The position numbers were made by a program, and so were the translations under genes. A model generated the notes under the pieces. It was not told the DNA's origin, did no database searches, and worked only from the letters and a program-made list of their open reading frames with translations. This document shows, piece after piece, positions 55,824 to 64,000 of a stretch of DNA of 64,000 bases (the stretch's first letter is position 1; each line of letters starts with the position of its first letter). Location of the stretch: positions 342,014 through 406,013 of the IMG/VR virus record IMGVR_UViG_3300028558_000016; one strand, 5' to 3'. Source of the DNA: a virus.

Positions 55824-56564
55824 ATGAGAGTCTTCATTCCAAAAGGTAAAAATGGTTTATTCATTTCTAATGAAATAATAACGGAATGCACCTATGCAGC
55901 ATTCTTTGGTTTTTCCACAATGGGATGGGAAGTGGAATTTTACGAAGGAGATCCTCCAACAGGTTTATCAAGAGATGACGTTGTCATCGGTTGGATAACA
56001 GGAGTTAAGATGGCAGTTAAGAATTTAGGAATTGAACCTCCAACGGAAATAGATTATCCCGAAGAACTCAATGAATACCTTGGAAGAAAAATATGGCAGA
56101 GCAATCTCCATAAAGTTTATACAGATGATTCAATGTGGCCAGTGTTCGTTAAACCTGTAAAAGGAAAACAATTTGATGGAAAACTTGTAACAAGCCTAAA
56201 GGATTTAGTTGGCCTTGGTTCACAGGAAGACCGAAAGATTTGGTGTTCTGAACCTATTAAGTTTATTTCCGAGTGGAGATGCTTTGTACGATATGGAAAA
56301 ATGATCGACAGCAAAAACTACAAAGGTGATTTTAAAGTTCAACCAAACTTTCACATTATTGAAGCTTGCATAAAAGATTACGTTAGCCAGCCGGTAGCAT
56401 TCACCATAGATTTTGGAGTTACCGATGATGGAAAAACTCTATTAATAGAAGTAAATGATGGTTATGCTTTCGGTACTTATGGATTATCTCCATTAAACAC
56501 TGCAAAAATGCTATCTGCTCGTTGGAGTGAGATGGTAGGAATTCCTGACCCTTGTCAATTTTAA
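55824..56564 (+). CDS. hypothetical protein
   Basis: ORF. Confidence 0.4.
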   Translation: MRVFIPKGKNGLFISNEIITECTYAAFFGFSTMGWEVEFYEGDPPTGLSRDDVVIGWITGVKMAVKNLGIEPPTEIDYPEELNEYLGRKIWQSNLHKVYTDDSMWPVFVKPVKGKQFDGKLVTSLKDLVGLGSQEDRKIWCSEPIKFISEWRCFVRYGKMIDSKNYKGDFKVQPNFHIIEACIKDYVSQPVAFTIDFGVTDDGKTLLIEVNDGYAFGTYGLSPLNTAKMLSARWSEMVGIPDPCQF

Positions 56565-56565
56565 T

Positions 56566-57171
56566 ATGAAAAACTGGAAGAAAGTAGAAATACCTGAATT
56601 GATGAAAGATCTTCAGGTGGACAGAAGAGGATTTCCTGCTCCGTTCATTGTGCTGCGTGACAAGAATAATGTTCCGCAATTCATCATGAATGATGACACT
56701 AAAGTGGAACAGTGCATAGCAGAAGATCTATGTTCTATTTGTGGAAAGAAGATGCATGATGACAAGTGGATGATAGGTGGACCGATGTCTGCATTCCATC
56801 CACAAGGAGCTTATGTCGATGTTCCAGTCCACAAGGTATGTGGAGAATATGCATTACAGGTTTGTCCATATCTTGCTGTTTCAGTTTATAATGGAAAACA
56901 AACTATGGATGACATTGATGCTGGAAAATTCAGTGTTGATGATGACAAAAGAATGATATTTATAAATCCAACACAAAGTCAAGATAGAGTTCCATTCTTT
57001 GTGTTCAGTAAGATAACAGGATTTGATGTGCAAAGAAGAGGATTAAATCGTTACATTAAACCAACAAGGCCATATCTGGAAATAGAATTCTGGAATGATG
57101 GAGAGAAGATAAGTGAGGAAGAAGCTATAAGGTTGGCAAAGGAAAAGAATTCAATTAAGTCGAACCAATAA
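56566..57171 (+). CDS. hypothetical protein
   Basis: ORF. Confidence 0.4.
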   Translation: MKNWKKVEIPELMKDLQVDRRGFPAPFIVLRDKNNVPQFIMNDDTKVEQCIAEDLCSICGKKMHDDKWMIGGPMSAFHPQGAYVDVPVHKVCGEYALQVCPYLAVSVYNGKQTMDDIDAGKFSVDDDKRMIFINPTQSQDRVPFFVFSKITGFDVQRRGLNRYIKPTRPYLEIEFWNDGEKISEEEAIRLAKEKNSIKSNQ

Positions 57172-57311
57172 CAACACCATGAGAAATGAGCAAATGGAAA
57201 CTAATCCTCTTCGTGAAGAGGGTATGGGCGAAGATCCGCCCAAAGAAGGAAGCTTGCAGGGAGTATGTTCCAGAGGATCACCTCGGAATATAGCCCTGGA
57301 AACGGCCCAGA

Positions 57312-57360
57312 AATGGCCCGGGATTGTCTCATAGCAAGACTTCCGGGCCATTTTTATTTT
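57312..57360 (+). terminator. strong hairpin terminator
   Basis: 10-bp perfect inverted repeat aatggcccgg/ccgggccatt with a 21-nt loop, followed by tttttatttt. Confidence 0.55.
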
Positions 57361-57407
57361 AGGTATATTATTAGTATATTTGTACTGAAAATATAACTAA
57401 ACCAACC

Positions 57408-57827
57408 ATGAACGAATCAGTATTACAATTAGAATCGGAAATCGCATCATACGTGAATACCGACAATAAGAGCAACTGTACAATCCATTTTGAATATGGA
57501 ACAGAAACAGAGAGCAAAGGAACATTCAACAATCCTGTGCATGTTGCTTCAGCTTTCACAGTGAATCCTGTTTCAAGAGAAACTTTTCTTTTGAAGCAAG
57601 AAGAAGGAAAAACCAAAGAAGCCGCTCTCAAAAAAATTCTTGAATATGTAAAGAATAAGCTTGGACAAAGCTCATTCACTGTACTGTGGATGAAAAAAGG
57701 AGATGCAAAAATGAATACATCTTATTTCTACTGCCACGATGTATTAGATGTTGTGGAAAAATTCTTTCATGGAAAGAATATTCCAGATTACACAGTGCAT
57801 GAAATAAGATTAAATCCAATTGCATAA
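57408..57827 (+). CDS. hypothetical protein
   Basis: TAtaTTTG at 57375-57382 and the AACCAACCATG leader. Confidence 0.4.
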   Translation: MNESVLQLESEIASYVNTDNKSNCTIHFEYGTETESKGTFNNPVHVASAFTVNPVSRETFLLKQEEGKTKEAALKKILEYVKNKLGQSSFTVLWMKKGDAKMNTSYFYCHDVLDVVEKFFHGKNIPDYTVHEIRLNPIA

Positions 57828-57829
57828 TT

Positions 57830-58111
57830 ATGGAAACAAAATTATGCATACATTGCGGACAGCCAATTCCTGAGGGACGTTTGAAAGCTCTCAAAGGAAA
57901 AACCGACACTTGCACACCGTGTAGCACGGTTGATAAAGTTGCAGGACATCCATTGATTACTGGAAAGACTGAATATTCAGCCATTGAAATAGTTTCTGCT
58001 GAGACTGCAAAAAGATTGGCTAAAGCGCAGGACAGAAAAGGATATGGAGTCGCTGAAGGAGTTAAGTTTGACTCAGATAAAAAAGGAGAATCTAACGGAT
58101 ACGGATTATAA
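57830..58111 (+). CDS. TraR/DksA-family C4 zinc-finger protein
   Basis: CIHCGQPIPEGRLKALKGKTDTCTPCS has the CxxC-x17-CxxC spacing typical of TraR/DksA. Confidence 0.5.
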   Translation: METKLCIHCGQPIPEGRLKALKGKTDTCTPCSTVDKVAGHPLITGKTEYSAIEIVSAETAKRLAKAQDRKGYGVAEGVKFDSDKKGESNGYGL

Positions 58112-58271
58112 CTATGGAACTAATACAAGCAGTAATAGCATTGATTGGTCTTGGAGCTTATATGGAAGCACACCACCTCAACAAGAACAACATTAGGCAT
58201 GATGAAAGGATTTGGTATTTCATATCTGCTGCATGCTTGGTGGGATTGCTAATAACATTTTTGATAAAGTA

Positions 58272-59015
58272 ATGGAACTTAAAACGGAATATATCAATGA
58301 GCTTAAAGCGAAACTCCCGAAGGAAAGCGGAAGCAGATTGAATATTCCCCAAAGAGAAGAACTTTCAAAGGAAAAAATAAGCAACCTTGTCAAGGCCAAA
58401 GGTTATAAATCAATCATAAGCAAAAAGGCTCTTGAATTTTTCATGAACAGGTCTTTCTCTTATGAACTTAAAAATGGAGATCTTTTTATAGTGAAGGTGG
58501 ATGAGGTGAAGAAAACTTCTCGCTCAATAGATGTCATCACATCAAACTGTTTGATTTATTCGTTCAAAACAAAAGGTGGTACGATATATGCAACCAAGAA
58601 ACAAAGTGGAAATTACTTTTGTTGGACCGCACATTTCTTTGATCGCTACATTGCAAGAACTAAATTGAACATGACGAGAAAGGAAGCCATCAAGCATTAT
58701 TTTAAAACATACTTGATGAATGGAAGTATATGCGACATCGATAAGCTTGACAAAGGAGTATTCAGACAAATAAACAAAGAAGGAGTTGACCTCGCTGAAA
58801 TACACTCATTCGATGAAACATCCAGCTTAGATATAGTTTTGTTTAAAACGTTCATCGATAATTCAATGCTAAACTCAGAACAATTGAGAGCATTTAAGAA
58901 AAGCATTTTAGATGTAAAACAAAATATTGATCTGCCTGGAATGCAGAATGAGAAGAAGCTATTAAAGAGATTAATGGAAGATGATGAATTTCAAGAACTA
59001 TTGAAAATAAAATGA
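58272..59015 (+). CDS. hypothetical protein
   Basis: ORF. Start taken at the internal ATG at 58272. Confidence 0.35.
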   Translation: MELKTEYINELKAKLPKESGSRLNIPQREELSKEKISNLVKAKGYKSIISKKALEFFMNRSFSYELKNGDLFIVKVDEVKKTSRSIDVITSNCLIYSFKTKGGTIYATKKQSGNYFCWTAHFFDRYIARTKLNMTRKEAIKHYFKTYLMNGSICDIDKLDKGVFRQINKEGVDLAEIHSFDETSSLDIVLFKTFIDNSMLNSEQLRAFKKSILDVKQNIDLPGMQNEKKLLKRLMEDDEFQELLKIK

Positions 59016-59428
59016 AGAACAAGACATTAATAAAATACGCGAGAACCCTTTTGAAAGAATTGCTTGCTAAATGCTCTGAGCCGCAACAGTTGTTATTTAA
59101 GAGAATGTACAATCATAAGAATTTGGAAGCGCCAATCAATGAAGCAGTTGATCAGATGGAACCCGATAAACTGGATTGGGCTGTGACTCAGGTAGAAGAA
59201 ACGATTAAAAAGAACAATAGATTTTTAACTTGCAAAAAAGATTTGTTTAAATCAACATACCAATCTAATGCTTTCATAGATGGAAAAATATATGAAGTTT
59301 CCTTTGATAAGAACTACGAGGAAAATGAAAATGAAATTTGGATAAAAGATGAAACAGGCAGACCGTTCACATTCACGAAAGTAAATTCATTTGGAATGTA
59401 TAAAGTCGAAGATTATTTTGAATTATGA
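59012..59428 (+). CDS. hypothetical protein
   Basis: ORF. Confidence 0.35.
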   Translation: MKNKTLIKYARTLLKELLAKCSEPQQLLFKRMYNHKNLEAPINEAVDQMEPDKLDWAVTQVEETIKKNNRFLTCKKDLFKSTYQSNAFIDGKIYEVSFDKNYEENENEIWIKDETGRPFTFTKVNSFGMYKVEDYFEL

Positions 59429-60831
59429 GTTACGATAAATACATATCAACAACACTTCCATACGCGAACTCTGTTCCGCACATGGGTCATGCTCTTGAAC
59501 TAATTCAAGGGGATGCGCTCAAGCATTTTTTCGAATCTATAAAGAATGAAAAAGTATTCTTCAATATAGGTGTTGACGAACATGGATTAAAGGTCTATAC
59601 AAAGGCACAAGAACTTGGAATTGACACCAAGCTTTATTTGAATGAACTGACGCATAAATGGCAGGACTTTTGTAAGTTGTTCCAAATTGATTATGACAAC
59701 TTCTATAGAACAACGAGTCTTGTTCACATAGCAAGAACCCAAAGATTTTGGACTAAGTGTCTCGAGAGAGGAGATCTTTACAAGAAGAAGTATTCTGGAA
59801 AATATTGCGCTGGATGTGAATCATTTAAAACTGAAGCAGATCTCGTAGATGGAAAATGCCCAGACCATAATATCGAACCCTCTATAATAGAAGAAGAGAA
59901 TTGGTTCTTTAGAATTTCTAAGCATAAAGGATTATTATATGGATGGTTGAAGAGCAATCCTGATTTTTTATCGCCAAGGTCTAAAACTTCCGAACTTGAA
60001 AACATAATACTTCAATCTGAAGATATTTCAGTTTCTCGTTTAAAGGTAAATGTTCCATGGGGAGTTGGAGTTCCAAATGATGAAGATCAAGTCATTTATG
60101 TTTGGTTTGAAGCTCTTCTTAATTATATCTTCGCTGTGGATGATTTTAATGATCAATACTTCATACAAATATGTGGTCCAGACAATTTAAGATTTCAGGG
60201 ATCATTATTCCAAAATATTTTGATTTCTGCAAATATTCCAAACACCAAGAAATTATTGGTTCATGGAACTGTTCTCGATGCCGAAGGTAAAAAGATGTCC
60301 AAGTCACTTGGTAACGTGGTTGATCCAATTGATCAATTAAACAAATATGGATTGGATGCTGTAAGATATTACACGCTTGCAGGTTTATCCACCTATGGTG
60401 ATGGAGCGTGGTCTGAAAAGGATTTAATAAAAACCTACAATTCTGAATTGGCAGATACTTATGGAAATTTATTGGCAAGGGTTCTTCATTTGATAGACAC
60501 CAAGAATGTTGATGTAATTCCACCAACAGCAGAACATAAGAGACACGTTGATTCAATAGTGTATTCAGTTCACACCAATTGGGAATTCTATGAAATCCAA
60601 AAAGCAATAAAGGAAACTGGCTGGATAATCAATTTCGGAAATAAGTACATGAATGATGAAAAACCGTGGGAAAAAGATAAAGATTACGTGCAAATTCTAA
60701 GCAATCTGTACTATTCTTTATGTGAAGCAAATAAGTTATATTTACCTGTTTTATCATCTAAAACGTGGTCACTGATAGAAGAAGCATTGAAGATAAAAAA
60801 GAAAGTAATAATATTTCAGAAAATAGTATAA
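59425..60831 (+). CDS. metG: methionyl-tRNA synthetase (compact)
   Basis: PYANSVPHMGHA (HIGH-like, cf. PYANGSIHLGH). Zn knuckle CAGCESF...CPDH. KMSKSLGNVVDP. Confidence 0.7.
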   Translation: MSYDKYISTTLPYANSVPHMGHALELIQGDALKHFFESIKNEKVFFNIGVDEHGLKVYTKAQELGIDTKLYLNELTHKWQDFCKLFQIDYDNFYRTTSLVHIARTQRFWTKCLERGDLYKKKYSGKYCAGCESFKTEADLVDGKCPDHNIEPSIIEEENWFFRISKHKGLLYGWLKSNPDFLSPRSKTSELENIILQSEDISVSRLKVNVPWGVGVPNDEDQVIYVWFEALLNYIFAVDDFNDQYFIQICGPDNLRFQGSLFQNILISANIPNTKKLLVHGTVLDAEGKKMSKSLGNVVDPIDQLNKYGLDAVRYYTLAGLSTYGDGAWSEKDLIKTYNSELADTYGNLLARVLHLIDTKNVDVIPPTAEHKRHVDSIVYSVHTNWEFYEIQKAIKETGWIINFGNKYMNDEKPWEKDKDYVQILSNLYYSLCEANKLYLPVLSSKTWSLIEEALKIKKKVIIFQKIV

Positions 60832-61373
60832 TGGCAAAAAAACAAAACAATATGGCAAACGCAGAAGAAACAGCGATCAAATGGGGAAAGTATTTAGGAA
60901 TTCCATTTGTGGTAATTTTATTCCTTGCACTAATGTTCAGATTATTATGTGTAACATTCATCGATAATTATGAATTCGGTTATAAATATGATTATGCTAC
61001 GGGCGAAATGAAATCGGTAAACAGGCAAGGTTATATTATTGCTGCGCCATGGGTGAGCATTCACACAATTGATCTAAGACCAACACAAGTTTGCATAAAT
61101 GCAAATTCAAGAGTTCTCAATTGTAAGCTTGTACAATTCGATACAACTGGATGGAGAACATTTGTCGCATGGCATGGAAGAGACAACTACGAAAATTCAA
61201 CATATCACTCAGAAGGTGGAGGTTCATCTTCTGGATTAAATGGAATTTTGTTAAGCTATGCGTATGATGGTTCCGGAAAAGCTTATCCTTTTCTGAAGGT
61301 CATACGAGAATTAAAACCTGACGATCAACCTAAAGTTACTCAATCAATAACTCCAACAGATACTACTAAATAA
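60831..61373 (+). CDS. membrane-anchored protein, paralogue of the 61373 gene
   Basis: Shares the IDLRP..VCI...C.LV.FD...W..FV motif block with the next gene. N-terminal TM helix. Confidence 0.4.
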   Translation: MAKKQNNMANAEETAIKWGKYLGIPFVVILFLALMFRLLCVTFIDNYEFGYKYDYATGEMKSVNRQGYIIAAPWVSIHTIDLRPTQVCINANSRVLNCKLVQFDTTGWRTFVAWHGRDNYENSTYHSEGGGSSSGLNGILLSYAYDGSGKAYPFLKVIRELKPDDQPKVTQSITPTDTTK

Positions 61374-61903
61374 TGCCATTTGCTACTTGGATAAACGAAA
61401 GGACTGTTCCTAAAATAAATGCAGCAATAGATCGATTTAAGACGAAACTGTTGAACATGCCACGCTCCGTAAAAAGAATACTTTACGGAGCTTTGCTCAT
61501 TAAGGTATTTTATTTTATGTGTGTTTATCATATAGAACCAAATGAAATGGGAATAGCGTGGAATCCATTTACTGGAAAATTAAGAGGAGATACCGTGTCT
61601 GGATTTTATATTTCTCCACCATGGGATTTTGTTAGCAACATCGATCTAAGACCAAAAAGAGTTTGCATAACATCAACAGCAAATAGTTACAGTTGTCTGC
61701 TTGTCACATTTGATAAAAGATATTGGAAAGAATTTGTGGATGTACAAGGATTTGGATATTATTGGTGGCGCAACAGGTTTTCATTTAATTCAGGTTACAA
61801 AGAAGAATACAGAGGATTTAAAGATGTTATGCGCGGATATGCATTTGGAAATAAGAAATACAAGTTTATAGTAATAACTGAAGATTTATCTACACAATAC
61901 TAA
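61373..61903 (+). CDS. membrane-anchored protein, paralogue of the 60831 gene
   Basis: See the 60831 gene. Confidence 0.4.
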   Translation: MPFATWINERTVPKINAAIDRFKTKLLNMPRSVKRILYGALLIKVFYFMCVYHIEPNEMGIAWNPFTGKLRGDTVSGFYISPPWDFVSNIDLRPKRVCITSTANSYSCLLVTFDKRYWKEFVDVQGFGYYWWRNRFSFNSGYKEEYRGFKDVMRGYAFGNKKYKFIVITEDLSTQY

Positions 61904-62403
61904 TGATCATAAATGGAATAGAAAGAACCTTCATCGTTCATGATGAAAATAACATCAAGGGATTCTTTGGTGATTATCGCTATTTGTCTAACTTTGAAGT
62001 GTGCGATGTTTATTTTGAGGGAGTCAAATATGCTTCCACCGAAGCTGCATATCAAGCTGCAAAGAGTTTGGATCCTGAAGTTAGAGCATCTTTCCATGGA
62101 TTGACGCCTGGGGAAACAAAGAAGCTTGGAAGACAGATCAAGGTAAGAGAAGATTGGAAGGACGTCAAGTATGATGTCATGTCTTCAATAGTGTTTGATA
62201 AATTCTACAGACACTTGCATTTAAGAAAAGCTTTATTGGACACCGGAGATAAGTACATCGAAGAAACCAATTATTGGAAGGACGTATATTGGGGAGTATG
62301 TGATGAAAAAGGAGAAAACAATCTTGGCAAGATATTGATGGCCATTAGAGAATTTTGGAAAGCCAAGGATAAAGGAAAAGATAAAGTAACACCATTATTT
62401 TAA
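61903..62403 (+). CDS. NADAR (YbiA/DUF1768) family protein
   Basis: FFGDYRYLSNFEVCDVYFEGVKYASTEAAYQAAK...REDWKDVKYDVMSSIVFDKF...LLDTG...WGV...G.NNLGKILMAIR follows the NADAR pattern. Confidence 0.65.
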   Translation: MIINGIERTFIVHDENNIKGFFGDYRYLSNFEVCDVYFEGVKYASTEAAYQAAKSLDPEVRASFHGLTPGETKKLGRQIKVREDWKDVKYDVMSSIVFDKFYRHLHLRKALLDTGDKYIEETNYWKDVYWGVCDEKGENNLGKILMAIREFWKAKDKGKDKVTPLF

Positions 62404-62421
62404 AAACAAAAACAACATAAA

Positions 62422-63093
62422 ATGGAAACAGGCGAATATCAGATCGGAATAAATCCGAAAAAAGAAAGGACTGGCAAAGGAAACGCAGTCAGAATTATTA
62501 AAGTTAAAAGCGTGATCAAGGCTACCGAAGAACACGAAGAGGATCAGGATGTGAATCTCTTTTATGCTTTAGGGAAGAACATGCGAGTTTACAAGGTTGA
62601 AGAAAAAGATTTTCAAAAACCTGGATACAAGGATGAAACAGTTGAAGCTTTCAAAGCCAAGGGAGAAGGAAAAGGAAAGTATCAATCTTACCTTGGATAT
62701 GATTTTGGCGAAATCATTCCAACAAATGTTAATGGTTACAAGAACATGGTGGCTGAGATAATCGGAGATAATCCAGAGGACATCAGCGATGAAACATTAG
62801 AAGAAGGACATCTCGTGTTTATGGGAATGGAACCTAACGAAGATGATCCTGATTCCGAAGAATTGGTTCGTATATGCTGGGTCCTTAAGGAAGAAGATTC
62901 AGATGCAAATCCAATGAGTGAAGAAGTTTTCTACAGACAGGATTTCGTGAAATACATGCTTGTTCCAATGGAAGCTCCAAAGAGAATGACCATTCACTAC
63001 ATCAACAAAGAAGGTGAAAAAACAGAAATGGCAGTAAACAATGAGAGCGAGATCAAGGACATGGACCGTGAATTATACAGAATGAATAACTAA
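62422..63093 (+). CDS. hypothetical acidic protein
   Basis: ORF. Confidence 0.35.
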   Translation: METGEYQIGINPKKERTGKGNAVRIIKVKSVIKATEEHEEDQDVNLFYALGKNMRVYKVEEKDFQKPGYKDETVEAFKAKGEGKGKYQSYLGYDFGEIIPTNVNGYKNMVAEIIGDNPEDISDETLEEGHLVFMGMEPNEDDPDSEELVRICWVLKEEDSDANPMSEEVFYRQDFVKYMLVPMEAPKRMTIHYINKEGEKTEMAVNNESEIKDMDRELYRMNN

Positions 63094-63578
63094 TGAAAAA
63101 GGAATTCAATATAACATCGTATGAAAAATACGATAAGGACATCCTCGTTGAAGGCCCAAATGAACTACGGGTTAAAGTAGATTTTGATGATGTGGACAGA
63201 ACTTCCGTGGAAAAGGATATGAAGAAGATGATCAAAATATTAAATGATCATTGGAACGATCCTAAATATGCGGAGAATGCCCATGACTTATTTCTGTTGA
63301 GCTTAGAAAAAGCTTTTGTTAAGATCTTCAACAAGGTAATGGAAGATGAAAGTAACGGAGAGAGCATAGATGAGATAGAAGTAAAAATGAAAGGAAAAGA
63401 CATTATCATCGAATATGCTGTCGATGGTGATGATTATGGAATTCATCGTGGAAATACTGTAACAATAAAAGAAAACGGCAAGATAAGTTATGGGTATACA
63501 GAATTCATGGAATCAAGAAGCGGCATTAGTGAATTGGAAGAAAAATTTGCAGAGTGGTTAAAAACAAATAAGAAATAA
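63093..63578 (+). CDS. hypothetical protein
   Basis: ORF. Confidence 0.35.
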   Translation: MKKEFNITSYEKYDKDILVEGPNELRVKVDFDDVDRTSVEKDMKKMIKILNDHWNDPKYAENAHDLFLLSLEKAFVKIFNKVMEDESNGESIDEIEVKMKGKDIIIEYAVDGDDYGIHRGNTVTIKENGKISYGYTEFMESRSGISELEEKFAEWLKTNKK

Positions 63579-64000
63579 TGGAAAGAATAAGCAAGCAGGT
63601 GATAGTGATGCGAAAGAAATTTGTCGTGGATGGCAAGGAAGTTTCTATGCGCAAAGGAAAGATGATTGCTCAAGGTTCACATGCTTGTTTGAAAGCTGTT
63701 TTAGATCTTATGGAAACTCAATATGACGATAACAATCAACGTGTGTTGCGTTTACCAAATGGTTCTGCTTTACAGGATTGGATAAAAGGAAGATTTACGA
63801 AGATTTGTGTTTCTGTCGACACAGAGGAAGAATTAATGGCAGTGTATAATAAAGCAAAAGAAAAAGGGCTGATTTGTTCTCTAATTACGGATGCAGGCTT
63901 GACCGAGTTCAATGGAGTTCCAACAGTGACGTGCTGTGCGATAGGTCCCGCATGGTCGGATGATGTAGATGAAATAACTGGAAAATTACAATTATTATGA
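63578..64000 (+). CDS. peptidyl-tRNA hydrolase, PTH2 family (3' partial at window edge)
   Basis: MRKGKMIAQGSHACLKAV (PTH2 core, cf. GKGKIAAQCSHAA) and PTVTCCAIGP. No stop codon before the window end. Confidence 0.55.
   Translation: MERISKQVIVMRKKFVVDGKEVSMRKGKMIAQGSHACLKAVLDLMETQYDDNNQRVLRLPNGSALQDWIKGRFTKICVSVDTEEELMAVYNKAKEKGLICSLITDAGLTEFNGVPTVTCCAIGPAWSDDVDEITGKLQLL

Noticed and set aside
1-64000. Genome-wide stop-codon recoding (TAG or TGA as sense) to explain the suppressor tRNAs
   Set aside because: All large ORFs, including the 900-1300 aa fibre genes, are intact under the standard code. TAA, TGA and TAG all occur as gene ends. No same-frame ORF pairs are split by TAG. Recoding, if present, must lie outside this window.
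1-64000. CRISPR arrays or other regularly spaced short repeats
   Set aside because: None were seen. The only exact repeats are the 61-bp tandem duplication (30368..30489) and the diverged ~110-bp pair (49962..50160).

Overview
This 64 kb window looks like part of a very large (huge/jumbo-type) bacteriophage genome, AT-rich at roughly 35% GC. Genes are densely packed, short, often overlapping at ATGA/TAATG junctions, and lack Shine-Dalgarno sequences. The Bacteroidota-type -7 promoter element TAnnTTTG recurs upstream of several genes and argues for a Bacteroidota host. Three blocks stand out. (1) Two clusters of large Gly/Ser/Thr/Asn-rich tail-fibre or tailspike-like structural genes (+ strand 2..15607, - strand 33707..39182), with paralogues across strands. 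(2) An unusually rich translation complement: TyrRS, GluRS, ProRS, MetRS and a truncated GlyRS-like class II core, plus IF3, a PTH2-type peptidyl-tRNA hydrolase, an RRM RNA-binding protein, a GatB/YqeY-domain protein, and about 20 tRNA or tRNA-like genes. Duplicated Asn, Pro, Phe and Val tRNAs are present. At least two tRNAs (32265..32337 and 16006..16079 on the - strand), plus a third degenerate one, carry a CUA anticodon, i.e. amber suppressors. Several tRNA-like elements have insertions, GNRA-like anticodon-position loops, or a body/anticodon combination that does not match normal bacterial identity rules. (3) A contiguous NAD+ synthesis module (NadE and a fused NMNAT-phosphoribosyltransferase), with a Nudix hydrolase and a NADAR-family protein elsewhere; these resemble anti-defence functions. 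Further notable genes: an RNA-repair-like trio (AlkB-like dioxygenase, calcineurin-like phosphoesterase, nucleotidyltransferase ligase), an HDAC-family protein, a TerC membrane protein, an OmpR-type winged-helix regulator in a - strand operon ending in a suppressor tRNA, thioredoxin, a TraR/DksA zinc finger and a HEIGH metalloprotease. All calls rest on reading the sequence and motifs only; no database searches were possible.
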